A DNA stretch of 64,000 nucleotides from Anaerolineales bacterium (GTDB lineage: Bacteria; Chloroflexota; Anaerolineae; Anaerolineales; RBG-16-64-43), in the NCBI GenBank assembly GCA_016928575.1, contig JAFGKK010000012.1, positions 7,245 to 71,244 of the forward strand. Direction: 5' to 3'. The notes below the pieces were generated by a model. That model worked only from the letters and a program-made list of their open reading frames with translations. It was not told the DNA's origin and ran no database searches. Each line of letters starts with the position of its first letter. Position 1 is the stretch's first letter. Below, piece after piece: positions 37,600 through 45,569 of this stretch. The position numbers and the translations under genes were made by a program.

Positions 37600-38085
37600 C
37601 TAGAAATGTTTAACGTACACGACCAAATCCTCTCCCGGTTGGTAATAATCACGGATCCGCGCCGAAAGCTGGCAGCCCATTGCCTTGTAGAATTTCGCCG
37701 CCGGACGGTACTTGGCGGCTCCGCTGGTCCAAACCATCAGCAAGCGGCCGCCGCGTGCGCGGATGTCCGCTTCCATCGCCGCGATTAAATTGCGCCCCAC
37801 GCCTCCCCCCCGCGCCTCGGGATCGGAGCAGATCCAATACAAATCGTACGCCCCCTGCGCGAACGACGCCGGACCGTAGCAGGCGTACCCCACCACACGA
37901 CCCTCTCTCCGCGCAGAGAGCCATTCATAGCCCGAGTCGTCCGATTGCAGGTGCGCGTCGAACAATTCAAAGACCGACTCCCGCTCCTCTTCGGTGAACA
38001 CCCCGGCCCGCCGGGTGATCTCGCCGATCGCATCGCGGTCCTCCGGACGGCTGGCCGCCACGCTGAGACCCGGCAAGGGGATCAT
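37600..38085 (-). CDS. GNAT family N-acetyltransferase (161 aa)
   Basis: Acetyl-CoA motif A region (DPEARGGGVGRNLI). The ATG at 38085 overlaps the upstream ATP-grasp stop (ATGA). Confidence 0.85.
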   Translation of the reverse strand: MIPLPGLSVAASRPEDRDAIGEITRRAGVFTEEERESVFELFDAHLQSDDSGYEWLSARREGRVVGYACYGPASFAQGAYDLYWICSDPEARGGGVGRNLIAAMEADIRARGGRLLMVWTSGAAKYRPAAKFYKAMGCQLSARIRDYYQPGEDLVVYVKHF

Positions 38086-39299
38086 CCGAGTCGGCCCGGT
38101 TCCCCTTCGGCGGGAAGCAGTCCGTACCGTTTGGCGCCGGCGGCGAGAACCGATTGAATCAACCGGGGATACTCCCATCCTTCCGCCTGCGCGCAAAGGG
38201 TTAGGTCGCTGATCGGCGTCAGGCCGGGCAAGGCGTTGATCTCGATGATGTACGGCCGGAGGTTCTCCCCTTCGTGCAGGCGGAAATCCACCCGCGCGAA
38301 ATCCAGGCACCGGGTCACCCGGAAGGTCTCCAAGGTCAGCCGGCGGACTTCATCGGCGACGTCTTCCGGGATCGGCGCCGGGCAGAAATACGGATATTCT
38401 TCAAGCGACAGCGCCTTCACCGCATAAGAATAATACGGATCCATGTCCGGGATCCGGGCATGATCCACTTCGGAGATGGGAAAGATATGGATGTCCCCCC
38501 AATCCAGTCCGCCGCTCGGGGTCTTCGGCCGATCCGTCAAATCGGGGATCGGCCGGCCGGATTCCAAAGCGCTCAGGTTCCCCACCAGCCCGCAGGTGAT
38601 ATCGCGGCCGGGGATGTACTCCTCGACCAGCGCAGTCTGGCCATATTCCTTTAATATGTAGTCCACCTTGGCGCGAAGCTGAGATTCGGAGCCCACCAGG
38701 GATTGGCTGTCGATGCCGATCCCGGTTCCCTCGCGATTCGGTTTGACAAACAGCGGAAAACGCAGGGGATCCTCCAAGGGAAGCTCGGCATCCGTGAATT
38801 CCTGGAAACGCGGCGTCGGGAGGCCGAAGGCTTGGAGAATCCGCTTGGTCGCGGCTTTATCGAGCGTATTGGCCAGGCAGGTGACCTTGCCGCCGGTGTA
38901 GGGAATTCCAATCATTTCTAGCATCGCCGGGACCTGGGCCTCGCGCGCGTCCCCGCGGTACCCCTCGCAGGTATTGAAGCAGATATCGACTTTTAGGCGC
39001 TTAAGCCGGCGGAAGAGGTCCGGATTGCCGTCGATCCCGATCACATGGTGTCCGGCCGCGCGCAACGCAGCGGCATAAGCGGCAATGTTGGCCTCGCTGT
39101 CAAGTTCGGCAAACGCATCCGCCGGGTGGGCGCCGTTGGCCGGGGCATGCTTCTTTAAATTATGCAGGACCGCGACGCGCAATCCGCTTTTTCTGCCGGT
39201 TTTTCCGCGGTTGGGGTCTTCTACAGGCCGGGGAGGAACGTTGTCGTCCCCCTTGGGCGCGGTTTTCATATCTTTGGATGAAATATCGGTCAACGGCAA
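38082..39299 (-). CDS. Ddl-like ATP-grasp ligase (paralog 1)
   Basis: EMIGIPYTGG...DKAATKRIL...LFVKPNREGTGIGI...LVEEYIPGRDITC...ARVDFRL...YIIEINALPG. TTG at 39299 or ATG at 39269 as the start. Confidence 0.85.
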   Translation of the reverse strand: MPLTDISSKDMKTAPKGDDNVPPRPVEDPNRGKTGRKSGLRVAVLHNLKKHAPANGAHPADAFAELDSEANIAAYAAALRAAGHHVIGIDGNPDLFRRLKRLKVDICFNTCEGYRGDAREAQVPAMLEMIGIPYTGGKVTCLANTLDKAATKRILQAFGLPTPRFQEFTDAELPLEDPLRFPLFVKPNREGTGIGIDSQSLVGSESQLRAKVDYILKEYGQTALVEEYIPGRDITCGLVGNLSALESGRPIPDLTDRPKTPSGGLDWGDIHIFPISEVDHARIPDMDPYYSYAVKALSLEEYPYFCPAPIPEDVADEVRRLTLETFRVTRCLDFARVDFRLHEGENLRPYIIEINALPGLTPISDLTLCAQAEGWEYPRLIQSVLAAGAKRYGLLPAEGEPGRLG

Positions 39300-39302
39300 T
39301 CC

Positions 39303-40718
39303 TTATGCCTTTGGATGGGGAGGCCTTGCGGACCCTTGCGGACTCTCGGGGTCCTGCGCCGCACCGGCTTCCGCGCCGCCGCCGGGTCCCGGCGGCGCTC
39401 CGATCCCGCGCGGATTCCATTTGCCCGAGTCCCGGTTCAAACGGTGCTCCATTCCCCCGCGGGTATGGGTTATCCCCCAATCCCGAGGTTCGATCGCCAG
39501 ATCGTCCCCGTCGAGCAGGCCGGTGACGCCCTTCTGCCCCTCTTCGGTCCGCTTGCTTCGGCAATCCGGACACGCGGCGGGGTCGTGCGGCGTGTACCCG
39601 AGGGGCTCTTCGTAGATGGAGATGTAGCCTTCGAAATTCCTCAGCGCCACGCGGCGGTCCGACATGCTTAGCAGGTAGTTCGGTCCGAGAGGGATCTTCC
39701 CGCCTCCGCCCGGAGCATCGACAACGTAGGTGGGCACGGCGAAGCCGGAGGTATGCCCGCGCAGGCCTTCGATGATCTCAATTCCCTTTGAGACCGGGGT
39801 GCGGAAATGGCCGGCTCCCTCCACCAGATCGCATTGGTAGAGATAGTAAGGCCGGACGCGGATCCGCAGGAGGTCCTGGACCAGGCGCCGCTGGACATGG
39901 ACGCAATCGTTCACGCCGGCCAGCAGAACCGACTGGTTGCCGAGCGGAACGCCGGCGCGGGTCAGCTTGTCGGCCGCCGCCGCCAGCTCCGGGGTGATTT
40001 CGTTGGGGTGGTTGACGTGGATGTTCATCCACAGCGGGTGGTAGCGCGAAAGCATCGCGCACAGTTCGTCGTCGACGCGCATCGGCAGGAACACCGGAAC
40101 GCGCGAGCCGATGCGGATGATCTCGACGTGGGAAATTTCCCGCAGGCTGGCGATCAGGTTTTCCAGGACCTTCGGCGCGAGCGTCAGCGGATCCCCGCCC
40201 GAAAGCAGCACGTCGCGGACCTGCGGCGTGCGCCGGATGTAATCCAACTGTTCTTCGTATTCGGCCGAGGAGAACTGCTCGGACGGATCCCCGACGATCC
40301 GCGAGCGGGTGCAGTAGCGGCAGTAGGACGCGCATTGGGTCGTGACCAGCATCAGCACCCGGTCCGGATAGCGATGGACCAATCCCGGGACGGGCGAGTG
40401 CTTATCCTCGGCGAGCGAATCCTCCATCATCGCCGTAAACGGCACCAGCTCCTCGGCGGTGGGGATCACCTGGCGCCGGATCGGATCGCGGGGATCGTCG
40501 GGGCGGATGAGGGAGACGAAATACGGGGTGACCTCCACGCGGAACAAGCCGGCCGCCGAAAGCGCCTTGCGTTCGCTCTCGGTGAGCGCAAACACGCGCT
40601 CCAGCTCGTCGGCCTTGTTCAGCCGGTGGCCGAGCTGCCAGCGCCAGTCGTTCCACTGCGCGTCCGGGATCTCCCGGAAGGCGGGGGCGCGGCGGGGATT
40701 TTCTCCCCCGGAAGTCAT
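39303..40718 (-). CDS. kamA: L-lysine 2,3-aminomutase (radical SAM/PLP, KamA/AblA type)
   Basis: CxxxCxxC cluster CASYCRYCTR, YLYQCDL and VVDAPGGGGK (lysine-binding Asp residues and PLP Lys), collinear with clostridial KamA including GLLDGDDLAIEP. ATG at 40718 preceded by GGGAGG. Confidence 0.95.
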   Translation of the reverse strand: MTSGGENPRRAPAFREIPDAQWNDWRWQLGHRLNKADELERVFALTESERKALSAAGLFRVEVTPYFVSLIRPDDPRDPIRRQVIPTAEELVPFTAMMEDSLAEDKHSPVPGLVHRYPDRVLMLVTTQCASYCRYCTRSRIVGDPSEQFSSAEYEEQLDYIRRTPQVRDVLLSGGDPLTLAPKVLENLIASLREISHVEIIRIGSRVPVFLPMRVDDELCAMLSRYHPLWMNIHVNHPNEITPELAAAADKLTRAGVPLGNQSVLLAGVNDCVHVQRRLVQDLLRIRVRPYYLYQCDLVEGAGHFRTPVSKGIEIIEGLRGHTSGFAVPTYVVDAPGGGGKIPLGPNYLLSMSDRRVALRNFEGYISIYEEPLGYTPHDPAACPDCRSKRTEEGQKGVTGLLDGDDLAIEPRDWGITHTRGGMEHRLNRDSGKWNPRGIGAPPGPGGGAEAGAAQDPESPQGSARPPHPKA

Positions 40719-40755
40719 GCCCCCCTCCCGGCGGAACGTTCGCACGGTATGCGGT

Positions 40756-40923
40756 TCATTTTGCCGAAACGTTGGCCTTCGGATTGATCTGCAGGATTTT
40801 TTGCGCGATCGCGGCGCGCGCCTTTGAATCTTTGGCTTCGGCCAAGCGCCGGCGGAGGAACTGCATTTTCAATCTGCGTTGGCGTCGGCGCGAGATTTCA
40901 CGATCCCGTTCGGTCTTCGGCAT
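40756..40923 (-). CDS. 55-aa Arg/Lys-rich small protein; not in the ORF track
   Basis: My translation: MPKTERDREISRRRQRRLKMQFLRRRLAEAKDSKARAAIAQKILQINPKANVSAK. GGGAGG lies 4 nt upstream of the ATG. The stop is 37 nt before kamA on the same strand. Confidence 0.6.
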   Translation of the reverse strand: MPKTERDREISRRRQRRLKMQFLRRRLAEAKDSKARAAIAQKILQINPKANVSAK

Positions 40924-40957
40924 GCAAACCTCCCAAGCGTTTCCATCGGATGAATCC

Positions 40958-40963
40958 AGTATA
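40958..40963 (-). promoter_or_regulatory. -10 box TATACT for the small-ORF/kamA transcript
   Basis: Minus-strand reading is ggagaTATACTggattc, 34 nt before the small-ORF ATG. Confidence 0.35.
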
Positions 40964-41039
40964 TCTCCTTTCGCGGCCCGCGGCCAGAGCGGTTGCGCAC
41001 GCGCGCATGTGCAAACGCGCCGCGCGGGGAATGGCGGAC

Positions 41040-41048
41040 TGGTATAAT
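41040..41048 (+). promoter_or_regulatory. Extended -10 TGgTATAAT upstream of the MazG-like gene
   Basis: ggacTGGTATAATccgcc, 60 nt before the ATG at 41109. Confidence 0.45.
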
Positions 41049-41108
41049 CCGCCGCGGAGATTTTTTCCCTCCCCGCGAGGTTCGCCGGGGCGGGATTCGG
41101 ACGGGAAC

Positions 41109-41429
41109 ATGGATCTGAAGCAGCTCACGGAGGAGATGCATCGGTTCGTCCGGTCGAAAGGCTGGTACGAGGAGAATTCCCCCCGCCCGCAAACCCCGCG
41201 CAACCTCGCGGCGTCCCTCGTGCTCGAAGCGGCTGAAGTGCTGGAGCACTTCCAGTGGGAGGAGCAGGCCGATCCGGCGGTGAAGGAAGAACTCGCCGAT
41301 ACGGCGCTGTACCTCCTGCAGCTGGCCTCCGTCCTCGGCATCGATCTGGAACAGGCGATCCTCGAAAAGCTGAAGGCGAATTACGAACGGCGTTGGCCCG
41401 GTCCGGGCGCTGCAGGAAGCGGATCCTGA
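41109..41429 (+). CDS. MazG-like nucleotide pyrophosphohydrolase (small, single domain)
   Basis: 106 aa. The EAAEVLEHFQW...ELADTALYLLQLA pattern gives an EExxE...D metal-binding helix pair. Confidence 0.8.
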   Translation: MDLKQLTEEMHRFVRSKGWYEENSPRPQTPRNLAASLVLEAAEVLEHFQWEEQADPAVKEELADTALYLLQLASVLGIDLEQAILEKLKANYERRWPGPGAAGSGS

Positions 41430-42091
41430 TGGCCTCCCCGGACCGGCGGATCCTCTTGGCGGTAAGCGACGACGTCTCCCCGCGTTTGAACACCTGCCAA
41501 GCCCCCGAACGCACCGGCAAGGTCGATCTGATCGTCAGCTGCGGCGACCTGCCCTTCGACTACCTGGAATTCCTGATGAGCGTTTTCAACGTCCCGATGT
41601 ACTACGTCCTGGGCAACCACGACGGCGAGGGATTTTTCCGCGAATCCGGGAAGGTCGACTTCCTGCCCGACGCCGGTGAGAGCATCGACGGCGCTACCCT
41701 GGAGGCAAAGGGGGTTTTGATCGCCGGATTGGGCGGCAGCCTCCGCTTCGGCGCCACGACCAAGAACCAGTCCACCGAGGCCGAAATGTGGCGGCGGGTG
41801 CTGAAGCTGACACCCAAGCTGCTGACCAACCAAGTGCGCTACGGCCGCCGGCTCGACATTCTCGTCACCCATTCGCCGGCCCGCGGGATTCACGAAGGCG
41901 AAGACCCCGCCCACAAAGGATTCGCAGCGTTCCGCTGGCTGCTCGAATGGGCCAAGCCGCGCTGGATGCTGCACGGCCATTCGCAGTTCGCCCGCCCGCC
42001 GCACGATCTCCAGACCCGCGTCGGATCCACCGACGTCTTCTACATCCCGCCTTTCCGACTCCTGGATTGGGATGGGGAAGCGGGGAAATAG
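41429..42091 (+). CDS. Metallophosphoesterase (calcineurin-like)
   Basis: Motifs SDD, GDL, GNHD, H..P. The ATG overlaps the MazG stop (TGATG). Confidence 0.85.
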   Translation: MASPDRRILLAVSDDVSPRLNTCQAPERTGKVDLIVSCGDLPFDYLEFLMSVFNVPMYYVLGNHDGEGFFRESGKVDFLPDAGESIDGATLEAKGVLIAGLGGSLRFGATTKNQSTEAEMWRRVLKLTPKLLTNQVRYGRRLDILVTHSPARGIHEGEDPAHKGFAAFRWLLEWAKPRWMLHGHSQFARPPHDLQTRVGSTDVFYIPPFRLLDWDGEAGK

Positions 42092-42092
42092 T

Positions 42093-42683
42093 ATGGCGGA
42101 TTCCAAAGCGGCCGGCCCCGCAGTGAAAAAACCGGTCGTCGCCGTGTTCGGCGCCGCCCTTCTGCCGGAGGATGGGCCGACGTACGCGGCCGCCCGCGAG
42201 CTCGGCGCGCAGATCGCTGGGCGCGGATGGACCGCCGCCAGCGGCGGATACGGCGGGACGATGGCCGCCGTCAGCCGCGGCGCGGCCGAAGCCGGCGGCC
42301 GCACGGTGGGAGTTACCAGCGAAACCATGACCCGCGCCGGCCGCCGCACCAATCCCTGGATTAAAGAAGAGATCCGATGTCCCACGGCGCGGGAAAGGCT
42401 GCTGACCCTGTGCCGCCTGGGCGACGCCGCGGTCGCGCTGGATGGCGGGATCGGGACTCTGTCGGAGATCGCCTTCTGCGCCACCCAGATCCAGACCGGC
42501 GAGCTTTCCCCCCGCCCGATTCTGCTGCTCGGCCCCTTGTGGAAAGCGACGTTTCCCTTTTTCTTCCGTTCCGCCGCCGCATACCTGACCGAAAACGACA
42601 AGGCGCTGTTCCGATTTCCGGACTCGCCGGCAGAGGCGGTCCGGATCCTGCAAAACGTTTTTTTACAGTCAAAGCCGGCCTGA
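42093..42683 (+). CDS. LOG/TIGR00725-like Rossmann-fold nucleotide-binding protein
   Basis: GGYGGTM and DGGIGTLSE resemble the LOG family GGGxGxM / PGGxGTxxE motifs. Confidence 0.7.
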   Translation: MADSKAAGPAVKKPVVAVFGAALLPEDGPTYAAARELGAQIAGRGWTAASGGYGGTMAAVSRGAAEAGGRTVGVTSETMTRAGRRTNPWIKEEIRCPTARERLLTLCRLGDAAVALDGGIGTLSEIAFCATQIQTGELSPRPILLLGPLWKATFPFFFRSAAAYLTENDKALFRFPDSPAEAVRILQNVFLQSKPA

Positions 42684-42916
42684 AGCCCGCACCCAACCGG
42701 CCGCTTTCTCGGCTTGATCGGGGAAATCCACCCGCTTTCCCCGACCTGCCCGGCCCTTCCCCTTTCCTCCCGCCCCCCTATCGCCCCAGGATGAAAACCG
42801 AATCCTCCGCTCTGCAAGACTCGGCGAATGGGAGCCGGACGGGGTCTGGTTGGCTATCTCCGCCGAACCGGGTATGATTGCCCGGAATCCTTTCCCCGAC
42901 GGAGGCAATTTTCTTC

Positions 42917-44353
42917 ATGGCTGAGGACCGACTTCCCTCGCGCGCCGAGGACTTTTCCGAATGGTACAACCAGCTGGTGTTGCGGGCCGAACTGGCCGAC
43001 TACGCGCCGGTGCGCGGCTGCATGGTCGTGCGTCCATACGGCTGGGCGCTGTGGGAAAACATCACCCGCGAGCTCGACCGGCGCTTCAAGGCCACCGGCC
43101 ACGTTAACGCCGGCTTCCCGATGTTCATCCCCAAATCCTTCCTCGAAAAGGAAAAGGAACACGTCGAGGGATTCTCGCCCGAACTCGCAGTGGTGACGAT
43201 CGGCGGCGGCGAAAAACTCGAGGAACCGCTGGCGATCCGCCCCACTTCCGAGACGATCATCGGCCACATGTACGCCAAGTGGGTCAAGTCGTACCGCGAC
43301 CTGCCGATCCTGATCAACCTTTGGAACAGCGTCGTGCGCTGGGAGAAGCGCACCAAACTGTTCCTGCGCACCACCGAGTTCTACTGGCAGGAAGGGCACA
43401 CCGCCCACGCCACGGCCGAGGAAGCCGAGGCGGAGACCCGCCAAATGCTCGACATCTACGCCGACTTCGCGGAAAACGAAGCCGCCGTCCCGGTGATCCG
43501 CGGCCGGAAAAGCGAAAGCGAAAAATTCGCCGGCGCGTCCGCCACCTACGCCGTCGAAGCCATGATGGGCGACGGCAAGGCCCTGCAGTCCGCCACCTCG
43601 CACAACCTCGGGCAGAACTTCGCCAAGGCCTTCAACATCCAATACCTGGACCCCCAGAACGCGCTGCAATACGCCTGGACCACGTCTTGGGGGCTATCCA
43701 CCCGCTTCGTCGGCGCGATCATCATGGTCCACGGGGACGATACGGGGCTGATCCTTCCCCCGCGCCTGGCGCCGATCCAAGCGGTGATCACGCCGATCTG
43801 GAAGAAGGAAGAGGAGAAAGCGGCGGTTTGCGAGCAGGCCCGCCGCCTGGAAGCGGAGTTGAAGGCGGGTCTGCGGGTGACCGTCGACCTGCGCGAAGGG
43901 CTGACTCCCGGCTTCAAGTTCAACGATTGGGAGATGCGCGGCGTGCCGGTGCGGATCGAGCTCGGCCCCCGCGACCTGGCGGGGCAGTCGGTGATGCTGG
44001 CCCGGCGCGACAAGCCCGGCCGGGAAGGGAAGACAGCGGCCCCCTGGGCCGGACTGGCCGAGTCGGTCGAAACCTTATTGGGCGACATCCAACAATCGCT
44101 CTTCCAGCGGGCGAAGCAATTCCGCGACAGCCGGATTCAGGATCCCCCCGATTATGCTTCGTTCCGCGAGGCCGTGGAGAACGGGTTCGCTTCCTCCTGG
44201 TGGTGCGGCGCGGCGGCGTGCGAGGAGAAGGTGAAGAAAGACACTAAAGCCACCATCCGCTGCATCCCCTTCGACCAGCCGGGCGGCAGCGGCAACTGCA
44301 TCGTCTGCGGGAAATCCTCCGCCCACAAGGCCGTGTTCGGCAAAGCGTACTAA
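42917..44353 (+). CDS. proS: Proline--tRNA ligase (archaeal/eukaryote-like type)
   Basis: N-terminus FSEWYNQLVLRAELADY...RGCMVVRPYG, class II motifs, and C-terminal Zn-binding domain (CIVCG). GGAGG upstream of the ATG at 42917. Confidence 0.95.
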   Translation: MAEDRLPSRAEDFSEWYNQLVLRAELADYAPVRGCMVVRPYGWALWENITRELDRRFKATGHVNAGFPMFIPKSFLEKEKEHVEGFSPELAVVTIGGGEKLEEPLAIRPTSETIIGHMYAKWVKSYRDLPILINLWNSVVRWEKRTKLFLRTTEFYWQEGHTAHATAEEAEAETRQMLDIYADFAENEAAVPVIRGRKSESEKFAGASATYAVEAMMGDGKALQSATSHNLGQNFAKAFNIQYLDPQNALQYAWTTSWGLSTRFVGAIIMVHGDDTGLILPPRLAPIQAVITPIWKKEEEKAAVCEQARRLEAELKAGLRVTVDLREGLTPGFKFNDWEMRGVPVRIELGPRDLAGQSVMLARRDKPGREGKTAAPWAGLAESVETLLGDIQQSLFQRAKQFRDSRIQDPPDYASFREAVENGFASSWWCGAAACEEKVKKDTKATIRCIPFDQPGGSGNCIVCGKSSAHKAVFGKAY

Positions 44354-44356
44354 GGC

Positions 44357-45148
44357 ATGGCGCCGGTCGATCTTCACAGCCTGCGCCGGGAGACCCTGGC
44401 GTTAAGCGGCTTGCTCGGCGATCCCGCCGCGTTTGCACAGCGGTTGCGCACGCTGCTGGAAGGGCATGCTCACCGCCTGCTTCGGCGCGGTCCGTCGCTC
44501 TCCAAACGCGGCGCGCTTCCCGCATGGGACGTCCCCGGCCTGCTGGTCCGTGAAGTGGAAGCCGCTTTGCTGCCTGCGGCGCAGGAGAATCCCCCGGCGG
44601 CCCTGGCCGCCGCGGCGGCCCTCTGGCCTTCCGGAAGACTGGAGGAAAAGCAATTGGCGGCCTTCCTGGCCGGCTTCTCGCAGGATTCAGGCGAGATTCG
44701 AACCCTGCTCCGCGGATGGCTGGAGGGAGTCGACGACCCGGTTTTGTTGGATACCCTCGCCGCCCGCGCCTGCCCTCCCCTGTGGCGCTCGAACGCCGTT
44801 CTCTTTCGGTCCGACGTCCGCGGGTGGATCGAGCATCCCGTTCCCGCCCGCCGGAGGTTCGGCTGGACGGCGCTCCGCAAATGGGCGGAGGAAAAGACCT
44901 CCGAATCGGCGTTCGCCGCTTTTGACTTGCTGGCCGCCGCTTTCTCCGAATCGGATCCGGAAGCCCAGGACCGGGCTTCCGGCTTGTTTCTGAAGCTGGC
45001 GGAATTCTATCCGCAGGAGACGCAGGGATGGATTTCGGAATTGTCCACACGATCGTTGGAGCGGGGCCGGACCTTCCTGCGCAGGCTGCTTCCCCGCCTG
45101 CCCGCGGAAACCGCGGAACTGATCCGGAGGATTCGGACGGCGGAATGA
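44357..45148 (+). CDS. Hypothetical helical-repeat protein (possibly DNA-alkylation-repair/HEAT-like)
   Basis: 263 aa with coding-like composition, 3 nt after proS. Only a weak family resemblance. Confidence 0.5.
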   Translation: MAPVDLHSLRRETLALSGLLGDPAAFAQRLRTLLEGHAHRLLRRGPSLSKRGALPAWDVPGLLVREVEAALLPAAQENPPAALAAAAALWPSGRLEEKQLAAFLAGFSQDSGEIRTLLRGWLEGVDDPVLLDTLAARACPPLWRSNAVLFRSDVRGWIEHPVPARRRFGWTALRKWAEEKTSESAFAAFDLLAAAFSESDPEAQDRASGLFLKLAEFYPQETQGWISELSTRSLERGRTFLRRLLPRLPAETAELIRRIRTAE

Positions 45149-45188
45149 ACCTCCGCGAAGCCTGCCCCTTGGTAAACGAACAGCGGCC

Positions 45189-45569
45189 ATGACCGTTCGA
45201 GGGAAGGCGCATAACAAAATCCTGGGAGACCAAGGCGAACGAGCGGCCGCAGAAAGCCTGCGGCGCGCCGGGTACGAAATTATCGGACGCAACCTGCGCA
45301 CGCCGTACGGCGAGGTGGACTTGGTCGCCCGGCACATGGGATTTACCGTCTTCGTCGAAGTGAAAACCCGCCGCAGCCGCGCCCACGGCCTTCCGGAGGA
45401 GGCGGTCACCGCCCGTAAACGGACCCGCCTGATCCGCTCGGCGCAGCATTACCTTCAGGAGCGCGGCCTTTTGGATACGCCCTGGCGGATCGACGTGGTG
45501 GCGGTGGAATTCGGCCGGGCGGGAGATTCGCAGCGGATCGAGGTGTTTGAGAATGCCGTCCGCGGTTGA
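45189..45569 (+). CDS. yraN: YraN-family (UPF0102) endonuclease-fold protein
   Basis: G..GE..A...L...GY.I..RN.R...GE.DLV...FVEVK.R pattern is present. Confidence 0.85.
   Translation: MTVRGKAHNKILGDQGERAAAESLRRAGYEIIGRNLRTPYGEVDLVARHMGFTVFVEVKTRRSRAHGLPEEAVTARKRTRLIRSAQHYLQERGLLDTPWRIDVVAVEFGRAGDSQRIEVFENAVRG

Noticed and set aside
40824-41108. N-terminal 95-aa extension of the MazG-like ORF (the track starts it at 40824)
   Set aside because: The extension is Arg/Pro/Ala-rich with no homology pattern, and it would run through the TGgTATAAT promoter at 41040. The conserved MazG fold begins at the ATG at 41109. Similar upstream extensions were trimmed for era, SCP2, larC, larE, HAD, 2-HADH, murJ, xseB, PAP2, GNAT, fhaA, the SEDS fusion, mrdA and proS.
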